A stretch of 64,000 nt of DNA from NCBI GenBank assembly GCA_963785725.1, contig CAWAWS010000039.1, forward strand, positions 288,001-352,000. Direction: 5' to 3'. Origin of the DNA: an uncultured delta proteobacterium. GTDB lineage: Bacteria > Myxococcota_A > Polyangia > Palsa-1104. Positions 21,637-31,105 of the stretch are shown here, piece by piece; within the stretch, counting starts at the first letter, position 1, and the number at the start of each line of letters is the position of its first letter. The notes under the pieces were generated by a model. That model saw only the letters and a program-made list of their open reading frames with translations. It searched no databases and had not been told where the DNA came from. A program made the position numbers and the translations under genes.

Positions 21637-22973
21637 ATGGTTGAGCCAATCGCCAAGCCGCGCCTGACACTGATTCCGCTCGTCGCCGCCACCTACTTCA
21701 TGGTGTCGGGCGGCCCGTACGGGCTCGAGGAGATCGTGGCCGGCGCCGGTTATCGCGGCGCGATCATCATCCTGCTCGTGACCCCGCTCGTGTGGTCGTT
21801 GCCGACGACGCTGATGGTCGGCGAGCTGGCCGCCGCGCTGCCCGAGGAGGGTGGCTATTACGCGTGGGTCAAGCGCGCGCTCGGTCGCTTCTGGGGTTTT
21901 CAAGAGGCGTGGCTCTCGCTCGTCGCCAGCATCTTCGACATGGCGATCTACCCGACGCTGTTCACGCTCTATCTCGGCCACTTGTGGCCCGCGCTCGCGG
22001 TCGGCCACCGCCCGCTCGTCGCCGGCGCGCTCATGATCTTCGTCTGTGGCGCCTGGAACCTGCGCGACGTGCGCGCCATCGGCTGGAGCGCCGTGGCGTT
22101 GACGGTAGCGCTCTTGGCGCCGTTCGCCGTGCTCGCCGCCAGCGCTTGGCTCGCGCCGACGGCCGCTCTTGCTCCGTCGCTCGCGTCGACGGCGTCGGCA
22201 AGCGGTGCCGCTCCGCCGTCGCTGGCGTCGGCGGGATTGTGGAGCGGCGTCCTCGTCGCCATGTGGAACTACATGGGCTGGGACAACGCCTCCACCGTCG
22301 CCGGCGAAGTCCACCGCCCGCAGCGAACCTACCCGCTGGCGATGCTGCTCGCCGTCGCCTTGGTCGCGCTCACCTACGTCATCCCCGTCGCTGCCGTCGC
22401 CCACGTCGACCTCGATCCGCGCGATTGGTCGACGGGTGGCTGGGTCGACGTCGCCCGCACCATCGGTGGCCCCTGGCTCGGCCGCGCCATCGCCGTCGGC
22501 GGCGTCCTGTGCGGCATCGGCATGTTCAACGCGCTCATCCTTTCTTACTCGCGCGTTCCCGTCGCCCTCGCCGAAGACGGCTTCTTGCCGCGCCAGTTCG
22601 CGCAGCGTTTGCCGTCGGGCGCGCCCTGGCTCGCCGTCGTCACCTGCTGCGTCGCCTACACGGCCTGCCTGGAAATTGGCTTCGTGCGCCTCATCGAGCT
22701 CGACGTGCTCGTCTACGGCCTCAGCCTGCTGCTCGAGTTCGTGTCGCTGGTCGCGCTGCGCATTCGCGAGCCGAAATTGGTTAAACCATTTCGCGTCCCC
22801 GGTGGCGTCATCGGCGCAGCGCTGTTGGGCGTGCCGCCGATGGCGCTCATCGTCGTGGCGCTAGTCAGCGGTTGTCACGAGCAAGCGGGCCGCTTGCCGA
22901 CGCTGGCTCTCGGCGCCATCCTGGTAGGAGCGGGCCCGTTGGTGTATTGGATTGGCGTTCGAAGGAGAAGCTG

Positions 22974-22974
<1 letters not shown>
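21637..22974 (+). CDS. APC-family amino acid/polyamine permease
   Basis: FMVSGGPYGLE, LPEEGGYYAWV, MWNYMGWDNAST; ATG at 21637 (MVEPIAK) inferred. Confidence 0.9.
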
Positions 22975-23248
<274 letters not shown>

Positions 23249-23249
<1 letters not shown>

Positions 23250-25114
23250 TGCGCGCGGCTGGTGACATCTTGCTCGTCTCGACGTACGAGCTTGGTCACC
23301 AGCCGCTGCACCTTGCGTCGCCGCTGGCGTTCCTCGAGCGCGATGGCTATCGGCCGCGCGCGGTCGATGTCTCCGTCGAGCCGCTCGACGACGAGGCGAT
23401 CCGGCGGGCGCGCTTCGTCGCCGTCGCCGTTCCGATGCACACGGCGCTGCGGTTGGGCGCGGAGGTGGGGGCGCGCGTCAAGGCGCTGAATCCGACGGCG
23501 CACCTCTGCTACTTCGGTCTCTACGCGCCGCTCAATCGTGAATATTTGCGGCAGCACGGCGCAGACTCGGTTCTCGGCGGCGAGTACGAAGCGGCGTTGG
23601 TCGCGGTCGTCCGCGCGGCGGAATTGGTTAAACCAATTGCCGTGCTCGTCGCAGCCGTTGCGGCCGCGTTGCCCGTAGCGCCGGAGCCGGCCCACGCGAG
23701 CGAAATCGGCGCCGCTGAATTGGTCAAACCAATTTCAGCATTGGTTGAACCAATTCCGGGACGAGCGGGCGCGGCTCCACCGATTGCAGCGAGCGAAATC
23801 GGTGCGGCAGAATTGGTTAAACCAATTGTCGCAATGGTTGAACCAATTCCAACGGCGCGTGTCAGCTCAGGTCCGCCGATTCCAGGGGGCGAAAGCGGCG
23901 CGGCAGAATTGGTTAAACCACTCGCCGGCGAACGAACGACGGCGGTCCGCTCGGCAGCTACAGGCACGGTCGGCGGGATTGAGCTGGGCGAGCCCTGTGC
24001 TGCCGGACGATCGGACGATGCGGGCTCGGCCGAGAAGGCCGCCGACCGTCCAGGCGAATTGGTTAAACCAATTTCGGAAATGGTTGAACCAATCGTGCTC
24101 GAGCGGTTGGACTTTCCCGTGCCGTCGCGAGCGCGGCTGCCGCTGCTGTCCCGATATGCGCGGCTCGAAGTCGACGGCGAGGCGCGGCTCGCGGGCTATG
24201 CCGAGGCGAGTCGCGGCTGCCTGCACCATTGTCGACATTGCCCGATTCCGCCCGTGTACGAAGGGCGCTTTTTCGTCGTTCCCATCGAGACGGTGGTCGC
24301 CGATGTCGCGCAGCAAGTGGCCGCCGGCGCTCGTCACGTCACGCTCGGCGACCCCGATTTCTTCAACGGGCCGGGCCACGCCATGGCGGTGGCGCGCGCG
24401 ATCCACGCCGCACATCCGTCGCTGACGTTCGATGTCACGATCAAGGTCGAGCACATCTTGCGGCGGCGGGCGCTGTTCGGTGAGCTGGCAACGCTCGGCT
24501 GTGCCTTCGTCGTTAGCGCCGTCGAGTCGACGTCAGACACGGTCTTGCGGCTGCTCGACAAGGGCCACACGCGCGCCGATCTCGACGAGGCGCTCGCCAT
24601 CCTCGACGCAGCCGGTCTGCCGCTGCGGCCGACGTGGTTGCCGTTCACGCCTTGGACGACGCTCGACGACTACCTCGACATGCTCGATTGGATCGAGTCG
24701 CACGCGATGATCGATCACGTCGATCTCGTGCAGCTGGCGGTGCGGCTGCTGATTCCGCCGGGCTCGAAGCTGCTGTCGCTGCCGGAGATGCAAGCGGTGC
24801 TCGGTCCGCTCGAGCCCGAGAAGCTGAGCTACGCCTGGACGCATCCCGATCCGCGCATGGATCGGCTGGCGCACGACGTCTTCAGCGCCGTGGCCGAGGG
24901 GGCGCATTTTGCCGACGTGCGCGCGCTGGCGCGAGCGGCGGCGGCGCTGCCGCAGCTGTCGACGACGGCGATCGTGCACAAGCGCGTTCGCGGCCGGCCG
25001 CCGCGCCTGAGCGAATCCTGGTTCTGTTGAGCGGAACCCACAGCGAGCCAGTTCGGCGCGCTAAAGACTTCAGCCGTTGACCCGCTCCCGGAATTGGTTA
25101 AACCAATTCCGTAG
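23249..25114 (+). CDS. CUAEP-tail radical SAM selenoprotein (B12-binding-like N-domain + radical SAM; UGA 25028-25030 read as Sec)
   Basis: LVSTYELGHQP N-terminus, ASRGCLHHCRHC CxxxCxxC; after SESWFC-TGA the frame continues AEPTASQFG...ELVKPIP-TAG(25114). Confidence 0.85.
25042..25062 (+). promoter_or_regulatory. Putative bacterial SECIS hairpin
   Basis: AGCG-A-GCC[AGTTC]GGC-G-CGCT stem starting 11 nt after the UGA, with GU in the apical loop. Confidence 0.6.
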
Positions 25115-25190
25115 TGCGCTTAGTGCCCGTCGCGTGGGCCACATCTGCCCGACTCATTTTCGATCATCTCTGCGCCCGCAGATACATCGG

Positions 25191-25260
25191 GGCATCTTCA
25201 TGCACGATCAGCGTGCGAAGGATCAGGCATCTTCATTCACGATCAGCGTGGGAAGGCTCA
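25191..25260. repeat. 35-bp tandem duplication between convergent genes
   Basis: GGCATCTTCATGCACGATCAGCGTGCGAAGGATCA / GGCATCTTCATTCACGATCAGCGTGGGAAGGCTCA. Confidence 0.85.
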
Positions 25261-25369
25261 TTCACGAGGGTCGCTGCGATGGATCACGGCGCAAGGTCTG
25301 ACGGTGCTCGGCAGTTGGTCGAACTGGTCGGCTCGAGCGTAGGAATGGTTTAACCAATCCGATAAATGG

Positions 25370-26641
25370 TTAAACCAATTTTGGGAGCAGCGGGGTTATG
25401 TCGAGCTCGAGGTGGCGATGGGCCTGACGCAGCGCCGCTTCGACCTCTGCAGGCGTCTCGCCGCGCGCGAAAATGAAGCCGAGGTAGCTCGCGCCCTCGG
25501 GCAGGGGCACGAGGACTTCGCCCGGCCGCGCAGAGATGGTCACGTCTTCGATGAGCGGCACTCGGCGCGCTTCGTCGACGCTGCGAACCTCGGCCAAGAT
25601 GCCGCCGGACGGAATCGGAATCATCATGACGCCCGCCGCGCCCTGTCGCTCGAGCGCGCCCAGATCGTGCCCGAGCGCGGCGCGAATGACGATCTCCTCC
25701 AGCGAAGTCGCGCCCAAACCGAACCGCAACGTGCGCGCGCACAGGCCGCCGATCGAGCGCGCCGCCACCTCGATGACGACGGGGCCAGCCGGCGACAGCC
25801 GCAGCTCGGCGTGAATCGGACCGTTGGTTAAACCAATCGCGACTGCCGCCTGCGCGGCCTCCGTCTCGATCGCGCGCTGCAACGATGGCGCGTGGCGCGA
25901 CGGCGTCACATAGATCGTCTCCTCGAAGAAGGGGCCGTCGAGCGGATCGGGTTTGTCGAACAGCGCCAGCGTTGTCAGCTCACCGTCGCGCAAGATCCCT
26001 TCCAGCGCCACCTCGGCGCCAGGCACGAAATCCTCGACGAGGATACGCTGCCCGTCCGGATCTTCGACCGCGCGCAAGGCCGGCGTCTGCAGCAGCGCGC
26101 GCAACCGCCGCCACGCGACGACGAGCTCGGCCGCCGAGTTGGCGCGCATGACGCCGCGGCTCCCCGAGCACAGCAGCGGCTTGATGACGACAGGCCAGCG
26201 ATTGGTTAAACCATTGGCGACCACGTCGGGCGAATCCTGCGCGTCGAAGACGGCGCTGGCCGGGTTGGCGACGCCCGCCCGCGACAACGCCGCGCGCATG
26301 AGCCGCTTGTTGCGCGCCGTGGCGGCCGCGCCGACGGAGTTGCCGCGCAGACCCAGTCGTGCCGCGGCGCGCGCCGCGATATCGGCTGTCGGCTCGTCGG
26401 TGGCGATGATGGCGTCGAATGGTTTAACCATTGCCTCGCGCACGATCGCGTCCGTCGTTTCCTCTTCGTGGCGGAACTCGAGCGGCAGCGATCCGCCGAA
26501 CGCAGCGCGAGGCCAAATCTCGGCCAGCTCGTGGCAACGATTGGTACCGAGCACCGCTTCGACCCCGACGCGGTCGGCGGCGCGCAGGAAATCGTCACCC
26601 CGGTAGGAAGTGGTCGACGACAGAACGAGGACTCGACCCAT
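25370..26641 (-). CDS. ATP-grasp domain protein (L-amino-acid ligase-like)
   Basis: RNKRLMR, PVVIKP..SGSRGV, LVEDFVPGAE, HAELR, VIEVAARSIGG. Confidence 0.9.
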   Translation of the reverse strand: MGRVLVLSSTTSYRGDDFLRAADRVGVEAVLGTNRCHELAEIWPRAAFGGSLPLEFRHEEETTDAIVREAMVKPFDAIIATDEPTADIAARAAARLGLRGNSVGAAATARNKRLMRAALSRAGVANPASAVFDAQDSPDVVANGLTNRWPVVIKPLLCSGSRGVMRANSAAELVVAWRRLRALLQTPALRAVEDPDGQRILVEDFVPGAEVALEGILRDGELTTLALFDKPDPLDGPFFEETIYVTPSRHAPSLQRAIETEAAQAAVAIGLTNGPIHAELRLSPAGPVVIEVAARSIGGLCARTLRFGLGATSLEEIVIRAALGHDLGALERQGAAGVMMIPIPSGGILAEVRSVDEARRVPLIEDVTISARPGEVLVPLPEGASYLGFIFARGETPAEVEAALRQAHRHLELDITPLLPKLV

Positions 26642-26674
26642 GGATTATCGCCAATAATGTGATAACAGATCCGC

Positions 26675-27415
26675 GTGCTGTCCATCGTCGTTGCCATTCT
26701 GTCGGGTGTCTTCGTCGGCGCGCTGTTCCGATTGACCCACCTCGTCCACTCGTTCGCCGGGACCATCCTGCCCGGCGTGCTGGCGACGATCGTGGCGGCG
26801 ATCTTCCTGTTCCGGCGCGTCAGTGCATTGGTCAATCCAGTCGTCGAGGAGGCGCAGCGGCATCTGAAGGGCGGCCGCGCCGAGCTGGCGCTGAAGTCGC
26901 TGCGCGACGCGCTGCGTTTCGGCCGCTGGCACCCGATGCTGGAGCCGCAATTGCGTACACAAATCGGCCTGTTGCTCTATCAGCAGGGCGATATGGACGC
27001 GGCCATCACCGAGCTCGAGCGCGGCGCGTCGCGGCCCTGGGAATCGCCGGCGTTTTTGGGCTGCGCGTACTACAAGAAGCGCGACGACGCGAAGATGACC
27101 GCGGCGTTCGAGAAGGCCGTCAAAGCGGGCGAAAAAGAGGGCCTGTGCTGGACGGTCTACGCTTGGTGTCTGGCGTCGCGGAGCAAGAAGGCGGAAGCGA
27201 CCGCGGTGTTGAAGCGCGCCATCGCGAAGCTGCCGGCGGACGAGCGGTTGCAGGGCAACTTGGAGCTCGTCGAGGCAGGCAAGAAGATGAAGGTCGTGCC
27301 CTACGGTGACCGCTGGGCGCATTTTGGGCTCGACGGCGCCAAGCCCGGCGTGCCGAAGGCGATGCGCGGCTTCGCGCAGCGCCCGGGTTTCCGTCAGCGC
27401 CCGACGCGACGGTAG
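26675..27415 (+). CDS. Membrane-anchored TPR-like hypothetical protein
   Basis: Two N-terminal TM helices followed by helical TPR-like repeats. Confidence 0.7.
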   Translation: MLSIVVAILSGVFVGALFRLTHLVHSFAGTILPGVLATIVAAIFLFRRVSALVNPVVEEAQRHLKGGRAELALKSLRDALRFGRWHPMLEPQLRTQIGLLLYQQGDMDAAITELERGASRPWESPAFLGCAYYKKRDDAKMTAAFEKAVKAGEKEGLCWTVYAWCLASRSKKAEATAVLKRAIAKLPADERLQGNLELVEAGKKMKVVPYGDRWAHFGLDGAKPGVPKAMRGFAQRPGFRQRPTRR

Positions 27416-27958
27416 CTCCGTTCGTTTCGTAGCCGCGCATTTCGTCGACGCCTCAGCCTTCGACGGGATGCCGAACGATGCCTGGCCGCTTACGCGTCGA
27501 CAGGGTTTGACCCGGCAAGCCTGCTTGCCGATTGGTTAAACCAATTTGCTGAGCGGCTGGCGGCGAGCGCCGTCCAGCAGCCAACCTGCCCTGAATTCGT
27601 ACGCCGGCCCAATCCGCGCATGGATAATGGTTAAACCAATTCTAGTTGGACTCGGCTGCATGCCGCGAGCCGCGCGCTCCACGTTTGAATAATTGGTTAA
27701 ACCAATATCGGTGGATTCGGGTGCGTGACCGGACCGCTGCGCGTGTTCGTACGAGTAAACTGGGTAACCATTCGACAGTGAAGCTGGACGTCGACCGGCT
27801 CCGCGTTCGCTACCGAATGGGCGATGAATCCTTGCGGCGACGCTGCCCGCGTACGCGTGGAGAATTGGTTTAACCATTCTCGCCGAGTCGAAGCCGTCTC
27901 GTTTATGCGCGGACGCGGAGAGTTGGTTTAGCCAATGGATGGCGACGTCGGCCGCTGC

Positions 27959-29977
27959 TTACGCCGTGCCGAGTGCGCTCCAGAGCGGCGCCGTCCGGCG
28001 TGTCACCAGGCCGAGCTCCTGCATCAGGGCGTAGACCTTGGCCAGCGAATCGAGTGTCACGCGGCGATAGGCGCGATTGTTCGTGAACGCCTCGGCGACG
28101 ACGGACGCGGGAATGTCGAACTCCCGGATCAGCGCTGGCGGCGGTCGTAGCATCAGCTCGGCCGTGATGCGGAGAATGACGGGGGCCGTTGCCGCCAGCG
28201 CCATCCGTTTTAACGGATGCAAGCGCGGCACATACTCGCGCAGGAAGCTGCGCGCGAAGCATAGGTGGCGCGCCTCCTCGGTGACGTGGATTTGCGAGAT
28301 CCTCCGCAATAACGGATGGAGGTTGGGCTGGCCTGAAAGCGCCAGGCGCTGCGCGTGATCGATGGGATCTTCGCCGCCAAGCACGAACACGAAGAACAGC
28401 TCGGGAAAGCGCGCGGCCAAGCCGGCGACGCGCGTGCCCAGCCAGGCGAGCCGCGGCGTGAGGCCGCTGATGTCGAAGCGGCTGCGGCGGACGAACTCGG
28501 AGAACATCATCGAGTGGTGCGATTCCTCGATGAGCTCGTGATAGGCGTAGCGATGCTCGGGTGACTGCTCGGAGCGCGAGAGGATGAACAGCAAGAGGCC
28601 GCGGCTGAGGACGTTTTCGAACTGCACGCCGACCTTCATGAACGTCGCGACGCGATAGAGGCCGATGCGCGCGCGTTCCGCCGGCGGCTTGGCGCGGTAC
28701 CACGCGGTACCACCGAGCGGATCGTCGGGGCCGAGCTCCCAGCGCGAGTCGTCGTCGCGGACGGCGAAGTCGGGCGCGTCCCAGTCGATGTCGCGGAAGG
28801 CTTCGTAGCGTTTGCTGACCGATTGTCGCGACAGGCGCATCAACAGGGCGTCGTAGGCCTCGCGCGGTGCGCGGTGCTCTTCGTCGGCGACCGTGGGATC
28901 GGCAACGGATGGAGTGGTGGCGGAGTCGCGGGCCGAATCTCGAGCGACGGCCGGGTGACGCTCGTTCGGCGCGGCGGCGACGGACGCATCGCGCGGACCC
29001 GCAGATGACGCGGCGGCGACGGACGCATCGCGCGGAGCCGCAGATGGCGCGGCGACGACCGACGCATCGCGCGGAGCCGCAGATGACGAGGCGGCGACGG
29101 ACGCATCGCGCGGAGCCGCAAATAACGTGGCATCGACCGACGTATCCCGCCGAGCCGGCGATGGCGTGGTGTCGACCGACGTATCTCGCCGAGCCGCAGA
29201 TGACGTGGCGTCGGCCGGCGTGTCTCGCCGAGCTGGAGATGTTGCTGTGGCGACGGACGTGTCCCGCCGAGCCGCAGGTGACGTGGCATCAACCGACGCA
29301 TCCCGCGGACCCGCAGACGACGCGGCGTTGACGGACGTATCCCGAGCCGCCGATGGCGCTGTGTGAACAGGCGCATCCCGGCGAGTTGCAGACGGCGTGG
29401 CGTGAACGGCCTTCCTATGGGTTGCGGCAGCGACGGACGTATCGTGAGGTGTCGCAGCTGGACCGGCGGCGAGGTGCATATCGCGAATGGCAGTGGCGGA
29501 CGGCGCGTCGACGCGCATATCGCGATGAGTTGCGGATAACGGCGCATCGACGTGCACATCGCGACGAGTCGCAGATTGCGCGGAGTCGAAGGACGCATCG
29601 CGAGTGGCCACGGAAGAGGGGGCGTCGAGATGTGTATCGCGAGTGGCCGCGGAAGAGGGGGCGTCGAGATGTGTATCGGGAGTGGCCGCGGAAGAGGGGG
29701 CGTCGAGATGTGTATCGCGAGTGGCCGCGGAAGAGGGGGCGTCGAGATGTGTATCGCGAGTGGCCGCGGAAGACGGGGCGTCGACGTCTGTATCGCGAGT
29801 GGCCGCGGAACCCGGAGCGCTGACGGCAGCCGCGGCCGCGGATTCGGCCTCGGTGGCGGCTGCCGTGCCGTCGCCGGCGCCAGCGCGCCCGGCCGTGCCC
29901 GGCGCGCCATCGGCGGGCAGGTCGCGCATCGCCGCGGAAGACTCGTCGTTGCCGGTACGATCGACGGGGAGCTTCAT
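27959..29977 (-). CDS. AurF-like diiron oxygenase with long repetitive N-terminal extension
   Basis: IEESHHSMMF, GEDPID, HVTEEARHLCFA; ATG 29977 overlaps the TetR stop (ATGA) and follows a GGAGGT RBS. Confidence 0.85.
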   Translation of the reverse strand: MKLPVDRTGNDESSAAMRDLPADGAPGTAGRAGAGDGTAAATEAESAAAAAVSAPGSAATRDTDVDAPSSAATRDTHLDAPSSAATRDTHLDAPSSAATPDTHLDAPSSAATRDTHLDAPSSVATRDASFDSAQSATRRDVHVDAPLSATHRDMRVDAPSATAIRDMHLAAGPAATPHDTSVAAATHRKAVHATPSATRRDAPVHTAPSAARDTSVNAASSAGPRDASVDATSPAARRDTSVATATSPARRDTPADATSSAARRDTSVDTTPSPARRDTSVDATLFAAPRDASVAASSSAAPRDASVVAAPSAAPRDASVAAASSAGPRDASVAAAPNERHPAVARDSARDSATTPSVADPTVADEEHRAPREAYDALLMRLSRQSVSKRYEAFRDIDWDAPDFAVRDDDSRWELGPDDPLGGTAWYRAKPPAERARIGLYRVATFMKVGVQFENVLSRGLLLFILSRSEQSPEHRYAYHELIEESHHSMMFSEFVRRSRFDISGLTPRLAWLGTRVAGLAARFPELFFVFVLGGEDPIDHAQRLALSGQPNLHPLLRRISQIHVTEEARHLCFARSFLREYVPRLHPLKRMALAATAPVILRITAELMLRPPPALIREFDIPASVVAEAFTNNRAYRRVTLDSLAKVYALMQELGLVTRRTAPLWSALGTA
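28970..29810 (-). repeat. 39-bp (13 aa) coding tandem repeat, about 20 degenerate copies
   Basis: PSSAATRDTHLDA / SSAAPRDASVAAA-type units; near-identical copies at about 29600-29800. Confidence 0.9.
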
Positions 29978-30585
29978 GGTTGACCTCCGGGAAAAGCGAA
30001 CGTGGTGAGCAGCTTCATCCCCTGCAGAACATCGTCGGCGCGCGCCCGCGACGGTGTGACCAGCAGTCGATCGAGCGCCAACCCCTGCAGCAGCGCGAAC
30101 GTGAAGCGCGGCGCGATCTCGAAGAACGGATTGGTCACGTCCGGCGGCGGAAACACCTGCCGGAACGTGCGCTCGACCTGCATCGCCGCGCGGCTCCCGA
30201 GCTCGCGCACGCGCCGGCCCAGCGTCGGATCGGTGCGCCCGGCCACCGCCAGCTCGAGCCACGCGTAAAACGGCTCGCTGCCGATCATCTTCCACAGCAG
30301 GTCGATGGCGGCGACGGCGCGATCGGCCGTCGGCGGCAGTCGCGCGAACGTGTCGAGGAACTCCTGGTTGCGCCGTTCGAACAGATGCTCGACGGCCGCC
30401 AGCACGAGCTCCTCCTTCGTCGGAAAATGATGGAGCTGCGCGCCGCGCGACACGCCCGCGCGCTCCGCGACAGTCGAGGTCGTCAGGTGCGCGTAGCCGA
30501 GCTCGATGAGGCAGTCGATCGTCGCGTCGAGTAGGCGCGATTGCGTCTCGGCGCTGCGTTCCTCTTGGGTGCGGCGTGCCTTCAC
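29974..30585 (-). CDS. TetR-family transcriptional regulator
   Basis: RLLDATIDCLIELGY...VAERAGVSRGAQLHHFPTKEEL; GTG start at 30585 inferred. Confidence 0.92.
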   Translation of the reverse strand: MKARRTQEERSAETQSRLLDATIDCLIELGYAHLTTSTVAERAGVSRGAQLHHFPTKEELVLAAVEHLFERRNQEFLDTFARLPPTADRAVAAIDLLWKMIGSEPFYAWLELAVAGRTDPTLGRRVRELGSRAAMQVERTFRQVFPPPDVTNPFFEIAPRFTFALLQGLALDRLLVTPSRARADDVLQGMKLLTTFAFPGGQP

Positions 30586-30603
30586 CGGACGATCCGTAAC
30601 GCC

Positions 30604-30641
30604 GACATAACAAACAGTCAAGTCTGCTTGTTTGTTGTGTC
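30604..30641. promoter_or_regulatory. Inverted repeat, probable TetR operator
   Basis: GACATAACAAACA-N12-TGTTTGTTGTGTC immediately upstream of the TetR start. Confidence 0.65.
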
Positions 30642-31105
30642 CCGCGGCGAGCCCTCGATTTGGCGCGGCAAAGGCGTCATTCCGCGACACAGGGTGGTCG
30701 GTACGTGGTCTCGATTGCGCGGCGCCGACTGCGCAGCACAGGCGTCATTCAGCCACGCGGCTGAAAGCACGGAAGGCACATATCGGAGCGTATCGGCGCG
30801 CATGTGAGGCAGCGGCCGTGAAGGCGGCAGCGACGAATCGAAGGCGGCCTCCATCAAAAGCAGACGACAGCGACGGCTCGCTATCCGCGCCCGTCGAAGC
30901 TTGAGCCGCGGACAGCGGAGGCGTCGTCGCGAATATCGAAGCATCGTCGCGGACACGAAAAATGGAGCCGCGAACATTGGTTGAGGTTGCGGGCGGGCGG
31001 AGATTGAACGCAGCAGTCGCGGACATCAAAGGGTACGCGGCCGGATACGGGCCGCTGGCCTAGGCGGTGAGCTCGAGGCCAATGCCTTCGGCAGCTGCCG
31101 GGTCG

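Noticed and set aside
25340..25380. dif (XerCD) site; also considered 27610-27640
   Set aside because: Partial resemblance (CCGATAA, ATGGTTAAA) but no proper 11-6-11 arm arrangement; explained by the array motif.
29974..30585. TetR as the binder of the TGGTTnAACCA array
   Set aside because: It has its own, different inverted repeat upstream and no array motif at its promoter. Not excluded, but unsupported.
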